Part shown: piece after piece, positions 14,988 to 27,849 of the stretch | How positions within the stretch are numbered: the first letter of the stretch is position 1 | How the letters are laid out: every line of letters starts with the position of its first letter | Assembly: GCA_048128005.1 (NCBI GenBank) | Contig: JBEUKZ010000010.1 | Coordinates: forward strand, 806,001-870,000 | Origin: Veleropilina oligotropha | Lineage: Eukaryota | DNA: 64,000 nucleotides | Direction of reading: 5' to 3' | Notes under the pieces: generated by a model | Database searches by the model: none | The model's input: only the letters and a program-made list of their open reading frames with translations | What the model was told of the DNA's origin: nothing | Program-made: the position numbers and the translations under genes

Positions 14988-16712
14988 TGAAACAGTATAA
15001 CACCGATCTTCTAGTATTCCATAATTGGTATCGAATAACCCAATTGTCATTTTGTTATGTCAAGTGATTCCAAATAATATGCATCACGGCTCATTGTTTC
15101 AGGTTGATGTCATTTTCCTTGTTTTTGTTTTATATATCCAATCCTATTCCGCGAATTACATGCCTCAGTCAAGGCCAGATTGAGACCGTGCTGACCATGA
15201 CGTCATTAGCATACCTTTGTCCACTATACACTATTTGTACTGATTATTGTGGAGCTTTTGTGTAGAATAACATAGTCTGATGCAGTGATGGGTGTCGCAT
15301 GCGAAACAGGGGTGATTACCCACGTGACCCCACTCTCCGTATGGCGGGTTCGCTGCCATCAATGTGTTTTGGACTTTCACCGATTTTGTCTGTCCCTGGA
15401 TTACGAATTTGTCTAACGGATTATTGAATTTGATTGCTCGGAAAGTAACGGTTTCCCAAATTTGGCGGCCATCTTGGATTTTCGTTGATTAGAAATATCT
15501 CAAATGTTAATAGCTTGATTATATTGACTAGTGTAGAGCTCACTCTCTGACAAAACGTTTGGTTAGCCCTTAAGAAGGCTTTTTTATGTCAATCAGTTAA
15601 AAAATGACAAGCCACATTTTTGTTAATCTCAAATTTGGCGGCCATCTTGGATTTCTGTTAATTAGAAATATCCCAAATATTATTATTTTGATTCTGTTGA
15701 CTAGTGCAGAGTTCACTCTCTGGCCAAACGTTTGGTTAGCCCCCAAGAAAGCTTGCTTAATGTCAATTGGTTAACAAATTACAAACCACCCCTTTTAAAT
15801 CCCAAATTTGGCGGCCATCTTGGATTTTCGCTAATTAGAAATATCCCAAATGTTAATATTTTGATCCTAGTCAATAGCTTACAGGTCATACTCATTAAAT
15901 AAACAATAAAATAAACATTCTGTGCTATTTCGGTCACCCATTTGCAAGCTTTATGAATTTTCGCGATTTTTGTGGCGGCCATTTTGAAATCGGCCATTTT
16001 GAATGGGAAGCACTCATTTTACGACTTGTCTCCTGATCGCTATGGATTCAGCATACCCAAAAACCCTTATATACGAAATTTCATGCTTTCTGCCGGAAGT
16101 GCACTACTTTTTCACATATCCGCCCCACTAATACCATAGTTTCTATAAGTACGGAGTATATGTTGATGACGGTTTCATTTCATTTACACTAGCTTTAACC
16201 CGTGCTCCACACAGTGAAATATTTGCTTCCTGTTGCTCGTTCAACTTTAATATTTAGCTAAAGTTCGCTCCAATTGAACTCACCCTTGCACCCAGTGAAC
16301 GCAGCATGGACACTCTCCTGGTTCTGGATGAATAAGACAAAAAATGTAATATTTAAACATGTAGATTTTTTCCTTTCGGCACACTCATCAATTTGACACG
16401 AAGATGGCAAATATCCGTTTCTCAGTGATTGAGAAAACCCGGCTTCAAGGAACAGCAACTGCATATTTATGTAGAAGATTACTCACCTGAATTTAATCCA
16501 ATATCTTGATATTATCCTGAACGATCTGGAACAATAAACCTCAACCCAAACTAAAGCAAACATTGTATTCAATTGGCATGAAAAGAAGTCACTTGCACAC
16601 GTGTAATTGGATCTTGGAAAAATGTTGAAGCAATAGTCACATATAAAATTTGAAATGATTTTGTTGTTATCAAATATTCTATTTATTACATGATTTATTT
16701 TGTCTTCTTCAG

Positions 16713-16895
16713 AGCAACTGCCGAGCTTCGGCCTGCACAGTACTGCCCAGGGGATGTCTGAGGCGCAGTTCCAGAAGATTGCCACGAGCTTCGGCCTGCA
16801 CAGTCCCGACCAGCTCCCCGCCGACGTGTACAAGGCGCTCTACGACCCCCGCCTGTTCTACGACAAGGGGCTGTATATAGATCCTGATATTATAG
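16713..16895 (+). CDS. FRMPD4: FRMPD1/3/4-like gene, internal exon (phase 1/1)
   Basis: Acceptor tcttcttcag, donor ag|gtaagc; GC-rich codons; SFGLHSPD; joins the next exon in frame to give PDII-DLTLLPPP, resembling the FRMPD IIDLTSLPPP motif. Confidence 0.65.
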
Positions 16896-16999
16896 GTAAG
16901 CCTATCGTATTGCTGATTAGTCTGTCTGTTTAGATGTTACTAGAGTGCAGTGCCTGCCATTGGACCTTACACCCCCACGCCAAGTGGTGTGGTCTGCTA

Positions 17000-17480
17000 C
17001 TTTTAGCCCGTCACTTCTTTGCGTCTGCGAGGAAGACCGCATGGCGTAGAGGGTGAGCGGGAGAGATTTGAGTTTAATTAACAAATCCAGCATTTCTCAA
17101 CAGGAACTCGATCAAGTATTCTCTGGCCAAGAGCGTCACCCATGTGAAGTGAACTCTAATCTTTACCCATGAGTCCACATCAGAAGCCGCTTACATCCTA
17201 GTTGTTCAAATTCAGACTCGTTAAATTAAATGTGCCAATCCATGGTGAACCCATAATTGAATTCTTTGTGGATACGTGGTCCTCTCTGACAACATCAAGG
17301 TTCTGGCCAGACAAGCAGGCTTGAATAATGCCGGATCTCAGAATAGATGAATAAACAGCGATTCCAACCTCCCATGAATTGCCAAATCCTTCCACAACAT
17401 CCCTATGTCAGAGCACCATCGCATGACCAAGAGTGCTAGATGAGCTGTCGAAACGTCGTGTCCTAAATATCGCTAACAAT
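17000..17480 (+). mobile_element. Degenerate Penelope-like 3' fragment(s)
   Basis: aacatcaaggttctggccaga (NIKVLAR) and ccaaatccttccacaacatcc match the Penelope copy at 23755-23900; ends in the same tgacca...gaaacgtcg motif. Confidence 0.6.
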
Positions 17481-18964
17481 GTTATGTGGTCCATAATACC
17501 ATCATGTTTTGCTAAACTCAAGTTAGTGGGATGTGTGTATTTATCTGAGTAACTGATGATCAATAAAATTCAATATTATATATTGAGTAAATAACAAATT
17601 ATAGATGACTATGCATAACAACACTAGTAAGTTTACAGCATCAATCGATATATTCTCACAATCGGGCTTTATTTTAGTAACATCTGTCAATTTAAATCGA
17701 TAGTTTGTTGGCTTCTGTTTTTCAATTAGATACAAATGCTATGAATGATGGCAACCAGAATTGATTTCCCAATAATAGATTTCTGCCCAAGTCGAGGTGC
17801 AAGCCATGTAATATAATATATGATTACCAATAATTTCTTGCGATTCTTTATAGAAATCTATAAACATTGTTTTTGTCCATTTAATGTGAAAGATGTAAGG
17901 TAAAGGGTAATAACTGATAATTTTTCTCTGAGAGACTGATATTTATGCATAAAATGAGCAATTGTTAATATGGAATATAAACCAAGCCAACGAAGTGTTC
18001 TGTTGCAAACCAGATGTTTGTGACAGTGTCTACAACTGTTTTTTCTTACTCTTTATGTTGCACAACTTAGGGAATTGATTGAACTATGACCTTGACCTTA
18101 AATATGAGAACATACTATAGCTGCTTGTTTACTCTGTGTTATTTTTATCGGTCTTTTGAATATATGTTCATAGTTAAAAACGTTATTATAACTCTGGTAC
18201 CATTAATGAAGCAATGTCCATCTGGTTCCTGGTCATTAAACACTATTTGTGTGTTGAGATATTTTGTGGTCAAGTGGTCATTTATAAAAGACTCATGGGA
18301 TTAGACTTAAATGACTTGCAAATCCTGTGAATGATGACATCCTGTGAATGATGACATAATCAAACCAGCTTATTGTCTGGCATGAGTTACCTAGTACATT
18401 GTACGTTTTTCACATTGCTTCATTAGATTTCTGCTGCACATTGGATTGGAATGTGATATGTGATTTTGGAAATCTAAATTATATGCTAGCTGCCACAACA
18501 TATATTATTTAAAGTGTAAAATGTTGTTACCAAGTAAGTTAAACTTTTTGACATAATTTTAATGTAATTTTACATTATCTATCACCTTATTAACACTCAT
18601 TCTTAATAGCTGAGAGTGTGTATCCTTGTACCTTTATGTTTATGTCTTTGCCTATGATAATTTCATGCATTTCTCTGCTTTTGGAGAATCTCCAAAAATG
18701 TATTCAAAAGTATGACGGTAACCCACTCATGGTACCCACTCATAAGAGAAAAATAAATGTTAGGTTTATTTTCTATAAAAATTCTGTTCTGTCTGATTAC
18801 AATACACCAGAAAACTTGTTAAAATGTCATCGTAAAACTAAACTTGATCATATCAGAGTCAGCACCATCAAGAGAGAGGACTTCACAGCCCGGAGGAAGT
18901 CGGCCATTTTATTTTCAATGGTAATTTGCGTGTTATTACTGCAACTCGTTATCTTCCCTTTCAG

Positions 18965-19168
18965 ATCTGACATTGCTGCCTCCTCCTAAGACGCCCGACG
19001 ACGACCTGATCGTGGACTTCACCAGCCTGGCCAGTCTGCCGCCACCTGAGTTCAGTGACGATGAAGGAGAGCCTGTGAGCCAAGCGGATCTGGATTTCCC
19101 ATCGACATCTCAGACAAAACCAAAGAGTTCATATTCCAAACAGAACCGAAGCACTGACTCGGCTTATG
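18965..19168 (+). CDS. FRMPD4: FRMPD-like gene, internal exon (phase 1/1), proline-rich
   Basis: Acceptor cttccctttcag, donor g|gtgagc; DLTLLPPPKTPDDDLIVDFTSLASLPPP. Confidence 0.7.
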
Positions 19169-19399
19169 GTGAGCTACTGTGTCCAATATTGAAGATATGG
19201 CTTTGATGCAAATGTAATGTCAGTTGATTAAGGAAGCTTTTGTGTCATCATAAAATTAGATAAAACAATTGTTGCCTTCTGATATAGAGTTCTTGCATCA
19301 CTAGTGTTGTCCACTGAAAACAAATCAAATACAAATGTTTGAAAGACATCATAGATAATTTCACACAGGCTGAAAGGTTTTAACTGAACACGTGTATCA

Positions 19400-19530
19400 A
19401 CAATTCAACCTGTGTATCAGCTATTCTACCTGTGTATCAACTATTCAGCCTGTGTATTAGCTATTCAACCTGTGTATCGGCTATTCAACTTGTGCACACA
19501 TCAACTAATCAGCATGTGTATCAGATATTC
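19400..19530. repeat. ~20-bp minisatellite (ctattcaacctgtgtatcag-like)
   Basis: About six degenerate tandem copies. Confidence 0.8.
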
Positions 19531-19813
19531 AATTTGCACCTGATTAATAAGATAAGGCTGTATATCAAGCAATAGTTGTGACGTTGTCATATACTTGATG
19601 AAATGTTGTTTTGATCATTTTATCTTTCAAGTGTTCAGCCTTTATGTAAATTTTCAATGAAAATGCAAGTAATTTTATTACCTCTTCATATTGCAGATCA
19701 TTCTTTTACTGATAAGCAGCTCAAAGAAGTATCGGTGGTAAATCTGCATACACTTAGTGGCACCATGTTGAAGAATGATTTTAAATTATTTTCGCCAATT
19801 TTCCTTATTTTAG

Positions 19814-21192
19814 GTATTGATGACGATTCTTCAAAACTGCTAACAACTTCTGAAGAAGACGAGGGAAGTGATTCTGGTAACGAAACGATCTCTTCTGAAA
19901 ACATTGACGTACCGGCAAGCATTCTTGAAGTAAAACCTGAGACGACAGTCGCCACTGATCCAAGTGACTCAAGAAGCATGGATAAATTCTCGGAGATTTT
20001 TACGTCGGACATCGATGATCTTATCGCTAAGCTGACGATGCCACCTCCACCCCCATCATCAGATGTTCCGGCCCTCGAAGGTGCTCATTGTGAAGCATCA
20101 TGGGAAACCTCAGCGGAAGCGGGCAGCGACGTTCCCGATGCCTTCACTGCCTTTGATGTTTTCGCGCTTGAGGAAGAATTTGCGCGATTGATCATTCCAC
20201 CACCGCCTGGCTTGGCGTCTCCCACTTTGCATGACATTCCGATCGTACCGCCAATTTTTCCCAAAGATTATCGAAGCAGGGGATACCAGAAATCCAGTGC
20301 CAATGTTTTGAAAAAGTGCAAGTCCCTCACCGACAACACGATAAGCAACGATGTACCGATTTTGCTGGAGTCCCGGTCTTTGTCTCGGGATTCGTCTCCT
20401 GTCAAGTCTGCAGCGCCAGAGTCTTTCAATCCACCTTTGTCCTCTTCGAGGAAAAACATTGCCAGTGGCGGCGATTTGCATGATGCAGACGACGTCGACT
20501 CACCATCCACAGTGTCAGCAAAGCTTACGCAACTTCTGCATTCTATGCCAATGGATGCAGAAGTTAAAGAACCTGTAGTTCTTTCTGGATCTTTAAAAAC
20601 AAACAGTGCATTGGAAAATGCACCTCCTGCCGAATTCAGCAATGGTTCTCAAAGCAGACTAACGCGGAGCAATTCATTGAAGAATAGCCGCAAACGTCAG
20701 GCTCCCATGCCCCCGAGGAGCAACAGCCTTAGCATAGAAGGAGAAAACAATACTCATTCTGACAAAGAAGCCTTAACAGACAAAAAAGACACAAAATCAA
20801 AACCCAATTCTAATAGTGTGGATGGACCAACTGAAACAAATTCCTCTTCAGAACAAAATGGCATGACCAGTCTTTCTGAACTGAAAAGTAAACTGCAAGC
20901 CCATCGTGATTTGCTGCTACAAAAGACCACCAATGCACGCCAGAAGTCTCGCCTTGATAACCATCTTGTAAATGGACACACCGTAGAGCAACCATTAAAG
21001 CGGTCAAACTCATTTTCCGAAAAGTCTTCCAAGGATAGAAAATCCATGAATAGGTCGGCAAGTGTAGATGTTCCTCAACGGAATGGAGATAGCGATTTGA
21101 CTAAAAAGTTGAAGAAGACTCCTATGATGTATGGCATGCTGACCCTTCCAAGGTCGACCCTTCGTCCAATGGCTGACGGTGCAGGAAGTGAT
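19814..21192 (+). CDS. FRMPD4: FRMPD-like gene, large low-complexity exon (phase 1/0)
   Basis: Acceptor ccttattttag, donor gat|gtaagt; long open frame with DIDDLIAKLTMPPPPP and FARLIIPPPP, Ser/Pro-rich; phases fit the neighbouring exons. Confidence 0.75.
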
Positions 21193-22019
21193 GTAAGTAT
21201 ACTCCTGAAGAAAGGGTTTCTGGGTAAACGAATATTCAAGTAGTAAAGTATGCGTATAAATATTTTCTGATAATATGTTTGCGTAGTTCCTTTTAGTGTA
21301 AAGGTGTTGTTGTTTCTTTCTATATTCCTTGATATGTTGGTAAACTTTATTCCTACTTGTGTAGATATACTGTAATACAATATGATGCTGTATTTAGTTG
21401 CTCGAGAGAGAGGTAACCGAGGACTGAATAGTTTCTAGTTACTGCATGTGTCCTTTGAGTTTGGTGAAATGTATAAACACTGATTTTTGTTTTCCAGTGT
21501 TGATACAACAAAACAAAAATAATTATCATAGTTTTGAATTATGTAGGGGCAATTAATACCAGCATATGGAAATGAACTGACCCATGGTTGCATCGTGCTA
21601 TCTGAATATATTCTTGCACTACATTATTAGGTGTAAAATAGGTGTAAACATATGTTAAACAGTACGAGAATATGCATTATTAAAATAACAAGAAAAGAAA
21701 TACTGTCCGAAAATGAGAATACAGGTACCTGATTGAATAATTGAGACTGTTAACTTTACTTTGTGGTAATACATTTGTTTTACTATTTAATGAAAGGAAG
21801 GAAGAGAAATTAAATGTTGCATTTGCGAAGTCACACTCCATTCCTGGAAGTGAAAAACCCAGACCTGCAGGAAAACTCGTTGACCATGTTTGGACAACTG
21901 TAAATGTTAACTCTTCAAACTCTTCGTCTAGTCTTTGAACCCACCCCTGCAAAGCAGTCAAGTCTGTGCCTGAGTGAAACTTGAAGAGACACCCTCATCT
22001 TCTTAGCCACCTGAGTGGC

Positions 22020-22460
22020 ATGTACAACAATTTCCAGACATAAGGCTGTATATATTTAGCTTAACATACAGAGGTACGGATGAATGGACAACATTAAGTC
22101 ATCAAGTTCTTGGTATAAGGCACGGGATATCTACATCATATTGACAAAGAAGAAAGACCACAATATGAAGCCAAAACGAACAGTTAGACCAGCATCGACA
22201 ATGTTAACCCTACATGGTGCCACCAGCCGAAATGGTCCTTGATCATGTGCAACTTACTGGAGAAGTAAAGAAGAGATTGTCAATGACATGTTACTATGGA
22301 CTCACAAGCATGGGCATACTTGAGACGGACGTCCAGTGAAGACGTATATCAACCAGCTTTGTGAAAACTCTAATTGAAGATCTGCCGAGTGCGAGGGATG
22401 ATCGTGATGGAAGGGAGAAAGAGTCAGAAGAATCTGTGCAAACAGCACGTGGAGAAGATA
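22020..22460 (+). mobile_element. Highly decayed RTE-like LINE 3' fragment
   Basis: Residual GRPVKTYINQL-like translation near 22325-22360; many stops. Confidence 0.35.
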
Positions 22461-22861
22461 TGAAACTTCATTAGGAAATGTGGATCCTCTTCCAATTCCG
22501 CCTTCCTCAATTTAAGTCTTTTGGCATTTTGTTCATCGGCATATTCCGGTTCAGACTGAATTTTGAATGAGAGGGTGTAGATATAATCCTTTAGAATCTG
22601 CTGCACTGGTGACTTAGGAATTTTTGACTGTGCAGAGAGATGACCAGTTTGCCTCTTTCCACTGTACCTTTGTCCTGATTACAGATGCAGCTAGCAGCCC
22701 CAAAAATTTTACAATTGTCTGAATTGTTTTCATGTCTGGTGTTTGATGATGATAACCATGAAAATGCATACAATATTGACGTTTGACCTTGGCAACACAT
22801 TTTGAGAGGTGACGGCCAGAAATCAACTACTAGTAGTTTTAGTCTCTGCTGAATTATTATA

Positions 22862-24010
22862 TGAAAAATATTTCACTTACTTTTGGGACGTATAGTTGAA
22901 ACATATCCGACGTTTCAGCTACTCAACTAGTAGCCTTGGTCACGTGATGACTCAGTGACGCTCGGCCGCTTATCATGTTGTGGAAGGATCTGGCGGTAAA
23001 CGGAAGGAAGGATGTAGCCCTGGTCACGATTGATGGAAGGTCGATGTTGTTGGATATATATCGCCTCCATAATCTTTCGTCTGATCCAATCTGTTTCCCT
23101 GGCGAGAACTTTGGTGTTGTTGAAAGACACTGAATGTCCGGTGGCATTACAGTGGTCTCCCACCCCCGTAGGCTTGTTTAGCCTGCAGTGTTCCATGAAT
23201 CATTTTCGAAGGGGGCGTTTGGTCTCACCGATATATATGTGTGATGCATCCTCTTCAACACAAACGGTCCGTTGTCAGAACTCTCATGTCCCGAGCCAAT
23301 GAGTACGTCACTACACCAGACGACAAAATAAAGGAGATTCACCATGTCCATCAAGCTCTCAAGGTCAATGGGTAAAGTGAATGGTCAGAAATAGAAACCC
23401 ACAACAAAGCTTGTGCCTAACAACAACAGACCCAAAGGACCATCAATTGGAATTCCGTATGTTAAAGGACTCTCAGAATACATAGAGCGCATCTACAAGT
23501 CCCATGGGGTCTCCATGTTCCACAAACCAGCCAATACCATAAGATCTGTGCTAGTACATCCCAAAGACAAAATGATCAAAGACAATATATGTGGAGTCGT
23601 TTATAACATAACATGCGACCAGGCTGCATCACACACATATATCGGTGAGACCAAATGCCCCCTTTGAAAACGATTCACGGAACACTGCAGGCTAGACAAG
23701 CCTACGGGGGTGGGAGACAATTGTAATGCCACCGGACAATCAGTGTCTTTCAACAACACCAAAGTTCTCGCCAGGGAAACAGATTGGAACAGACGAAAGA
23801 TTATGGAGACGATATATATCCAACAACATCGTCCTTCCATGAATCGTGACCAGGGCTACATCCTTCCTTCCATTTACCGCCAGATCCTTCCACAACATCC
23901 TGAGCGGCCGAGCGGCACTGAGTCATCACGTGACCAAGGCTGCTAGTTGAGCAGCCGAACGTCGGATAATTTTCAACTATACGTCCCAAAAGTAAGTGAA
24001 ATATTTTTCA
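22862..24010 (+). mobile_element. Penelope-like element: 5'-truncated GIY-YIG region with an inverted copy of its 3' end
   Basis: IPYVKGLSE...HPKDK...GVVYNITC...YIGET (GIY-YIG) on +; 22862-23248 is the reverse complement of 23625-24010; internal stop codons. Confidence 0.88.
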
Positions 24011-25084
24011 AATATCAATATTTGGGACCATGAACAACATTTTCTCCATTGAATTATTATAGTTTTGTGCAGTGCATACTGATTCGTCAGTTTCTTGAGA
24101 AATATGTCATCACATTTGTTCTATGCATTCATATGGATCACAATCACTTATATACAAGAAGTTTTCAAGTGCCATGTTGTTCAGAAGGCGGTACATGCAC
24201 CTTGTATTATGTCTCTCCAAACAGCACCTTGATTGATGCTTTGTGGTTGAATGGTTAAAGCGTGGATCCAAATTCACTCACACTGATTGAAATGGATTCA
24301 AATCATCGTCTCGACACAATGTGAAGGTAACAGTCACGTTGGTTCATAACTGGGCGCTATGGGCGGGTTTTCCCTCTTGACCCTGCTTTCCTTTCATCAG
24401 AATATGAACGTCCTGGTACCATATAGGGTACCACAGACCACAGAAATGGAGATCAGTTCTCATAAAAATTTGCTCTTGAGAAATCAACACATTTTTATAC
24501 CGTTTTGAACGAAGTCTAATAAAAAAGCGATTTTGGCTTTATCACACAATTAAGCGTCAGATATTCTGTGAAAAATCATTGTCATATCGTTTTAATTAAA
24601 CAAAGAGAGAAAAGACGTGTTCAAGAACGTACACCATCTACAACCCACTGAGCGGATCAAGGATGTAATAAGTCTGAAGATAACTAGAAGACAACAATAT
24701 TCATGTTATGGATTCCGTATATAGTCTATACACAGTTCACATATGTAATAGTGGTCTAAGAATTGTTGATATTATATCGAAACTGTAGAAGACAGCATTC
24801 ACAAAGCATGACATCTTCATCTACAGGTTACGTTCAACTGTCATAGAAAAGCAATAAGATTAAAAGTGAAAAAACCCAGATAGTAATGTCAGAAAATAGA
24901 CAAGGGTATGACAGTAAAAGGTAGAAAATAGAGAAATTAGAAAGATTTCCCAGCTACTATAGTAGACCATCGGAGACATCTTGCGACCAATCCGGCTTGG
25001 GTAGCGCTGCCAGGACAAAAGTCCCGCCGGCATAGCTCGGGCCTCGTCATTTGGAAATAGTAGCGGGAGGGAAGATAAAAGAGT

Positions 25085-26240
25085 TGGGCGGTCACCTCCC
25101 TCTTGAAGGATACCAGATAGGGAACCTCAGCAACTATGGTTTGGAGACTATTCCATAGTGGGATGGTTCTCGGAAAGAAGCTGTGTTTGTAATAATCCGT
25201 GGATGTAGAATACTGCCGGAGCTTGTGCGTGTTCGCTGCTCGTGTCCTGGAAGACGCTGGTGTTAAATAGGCAGATGCTGGTACATCTACTAGGTCGTTG
25301 ATGATCTTATACAACAGCACTAGTTGGGTATTTTCCCTTCTTCTTTCAAGAGTATCCCAGTCGAGATGTTCCAGCATGTCAGTGACGCTGTTTGTGACAA
25401 ATCTTGCTGCTCTGCGCTGTACCATTTCTACCTGGTGTTTTTGATCTTGGTGATGGGGGCTCCATATTGTACAACAGTACTCAAGGTTCGACCGCACCAT
25501 AGTGGTATATGTGCTGGGCTTTGTTTGTTCTGATGCTTTTGGTAGATTGCGGCGTAGGAATCCCAGCATACTGTTTGCTTTTTTTGTCACTCGATTTATA
25601 TGCTGTTTCCATGCTAGATTTGACTGGAGGTAGACCCCTAGATATTTGGTTGTTTCATCTTTGGATAAAGGGACACCTTTAAGGTTGTACGTGAATGACT
25701 TGGGCACCTTAGACCGTGTTACCCAGAGGACACTGCATTTCTGGGGGTGAAATTCCATTCCTCACTTTTGTTCCCAGACAGCAAGCAAGTTCAAGTCGTC
25801 TTGAAGTTGCAGTTGATCGGCAGTTGACTTTATCTGGCGGTATAGGACACAATCATCTGCAAACAGTATAGTTTTGGATTGGACTCTCTCTGGTAGATCA
25901 TTTATGAAAATCAGAAAGAGCAACGGTCCGCGGACCGAGCCCTGAGAAACGCCGCAGACCACGGGTACCGTTTCGGATGATTGGCCCTCCACTAGAACCT
26001 GCTGCGACCTATCAGATAAGAATGACCGCATCCACTGCGAAGTCTTGCCCCTGATCCCATAGTGGTTGACCTTTTTCAGTAGGCGTCGGCGAGGGACTTG
26101 GTCGAACGCCTTACTGAAATCTAGGATGATCATGTCCGTTTGCGTCTTCTTGTCTAGGGCAGCCGCCAGCCAACTCATGATATAATGTGAGAAGTTGGGT
26201 TTCACAGCTTCTGCGTGCCAGAAATCCGTGTTGGCAGTCA
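25085..26240 (-). mobile_element. 5'-truncated CR1/L2-group non-LTR retrotransposon, RT and C-terminal region, frameshifted near 25760
   Basis: LDFSKAFD, GVSQGSVRGPLLFLIFIND, FADD, KYLGV, LEYCCTIWSPH, SFFPRTIPLWNSL. Confidence 0.88.
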
Positions 26241-27849
26241 TGGAGGACATGGCGATGAACAATGTGACAGGATGCATCGATGGACACCATTGATACTGTC
26301 CAGGCTGTATTTTACAATCCTCTCCCTTAACAAATTTATAGATACTGTACTGGAAAAATATGTTCTTACAGCGTTATATAAACTGATAATATCACGACCA
26401 CAAAATGACAATTAATACGTCTTGCGATGGAAAATGTACTTCGGAAGAATGTCAAACGTATTACAAGATGATAATGTTCCTTTATGATCCCTGAACTTAG
26501 AGAACTTAGCCCAGTCATGTGTTACATGCTGAAGGATAAAAACTACGTATTTTATCACTATGCTGCCTTTGATGTTTTGTTCTAACGGTTGCATGCTAAT
26601 AGCCGCGTGCATTAAGGAAAGTGCACTTTCTGCAGATGGCAACTCGCCTGTTTACGTCATTTGCTCTATGAGGAAATACCCGTGCATCGTTATGCAACAT
26701 TTCGCATGATTTTTCGTAAATTTGTCGTCTGCTTTAGTGAATAGCTTGTGTGGGAATTTCAGGTTGACACACATTGTCCGGATTTTGAGACGTTTATTAG
26801 CGATCAGGTAACTATAAGGCGTGGCATGTGGGTAATACCTATGCATTATATGCTGCATGACACGTTATTTATACATCGTGAAAGTCAGAATAACTAATGG
26901 TTGCGGGATATATTGAAGAGACCAACATCATGTGCGAACTAATTGTCGAGTTTAAATTAAGAATAAGATCCTAAAGTATGCATGACGGTAGCGTGGTTCG
27001 ATAAATGTGCATGCAGTCTGAGTCGCATATATATAACATTAGAAGGCTTGTAGTTATTTGAACACTTATATTAGTTAAGACCAGTCGTAATAGTAGTTGC
27101 ATTTACGATGTTACGGAAGCGTATTTAGGTCATCAGTAACGACTAAACTAATTTGTTATTACAATGTAGCTAAATTGTTATAACAATTTACTAAATTGTT
27201 ATTACAATTTGGCTAAATTGTTATTACAATTTGGCTAAATTGTTATTACAATTTGGCTAAATTGTTATTACAATTTAGGTAAATTTCTATATGTGCGTGT
27301 GTTTTAATTGATTTTCTTATGCGCCGCTCCGGTAGGCGAGTGGATAGGAGTGCGGGCTCAAACAGGAGTGCGTTGGAACCAATATTGCTGAAAATAACGG
27401 TCATCGATGATCAAGACTGATCACCACTCAATTAATCTGACTCACACAGTTCTCAAACTACCGTTTGCATCAACGCATGCACTTAGAGTATCCACACCAC
27501 TCTAGACAACATCTACCCGTTTACTCTTCATAAACAGGGCCGATGCCGGGAGGGGGGGGCGGGTTCGAGGGGTTCGGTCGAACACCCCCCCCCCCCCCTT
27601 GCCAATGGAGAGCCCTTGAAATCAAAGTCAATATATATTTTACAGTGGCTCCTTCTAGTGTCAACTCAACAGTTATCAATTGAATATGTATTTCTTGAGC
27701 GCTGATTGACTTTTCATGAAGTCAACCAGTTCTGCACGACAGTTGCGGAAACCTTACACACATCTTTATATTTGACGGAAATGTGCAGTCATTATCAACA
27801 TGTCGGAGGATATGGCGAGTTTCCAAGAAACGATGGCTACGACCTTGGC

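Larger units (their letters stand above)
11735..16130. mobile_element. Non-autonomous foldback derivative of an Academ (AcademX-type) DNA transposon
   Basis: TAG...CTA termini, 3-bp TSD ata (11732-11734 / 16131-16133); arms 11735-13763 and 14112-16130 are inverted copies around a 348-bp spacer; encodes an XPG/FEN-like nuclease plus Cys-rich C-terminus, the hallmark of AcademX. Confidence 0.85.

Noticed and set aside
19698..21380. Minus-strand ORFs over the large exon
   Set aside because: Antisense shadows with no recognisable motifs
27150..27290. CRISPR-like array
   Set aside because: Contiguous ~21-bp tandem repeats with no unique spacers, no cas genes and a eukaryotic context; they are subterminal repeats of a TIR element
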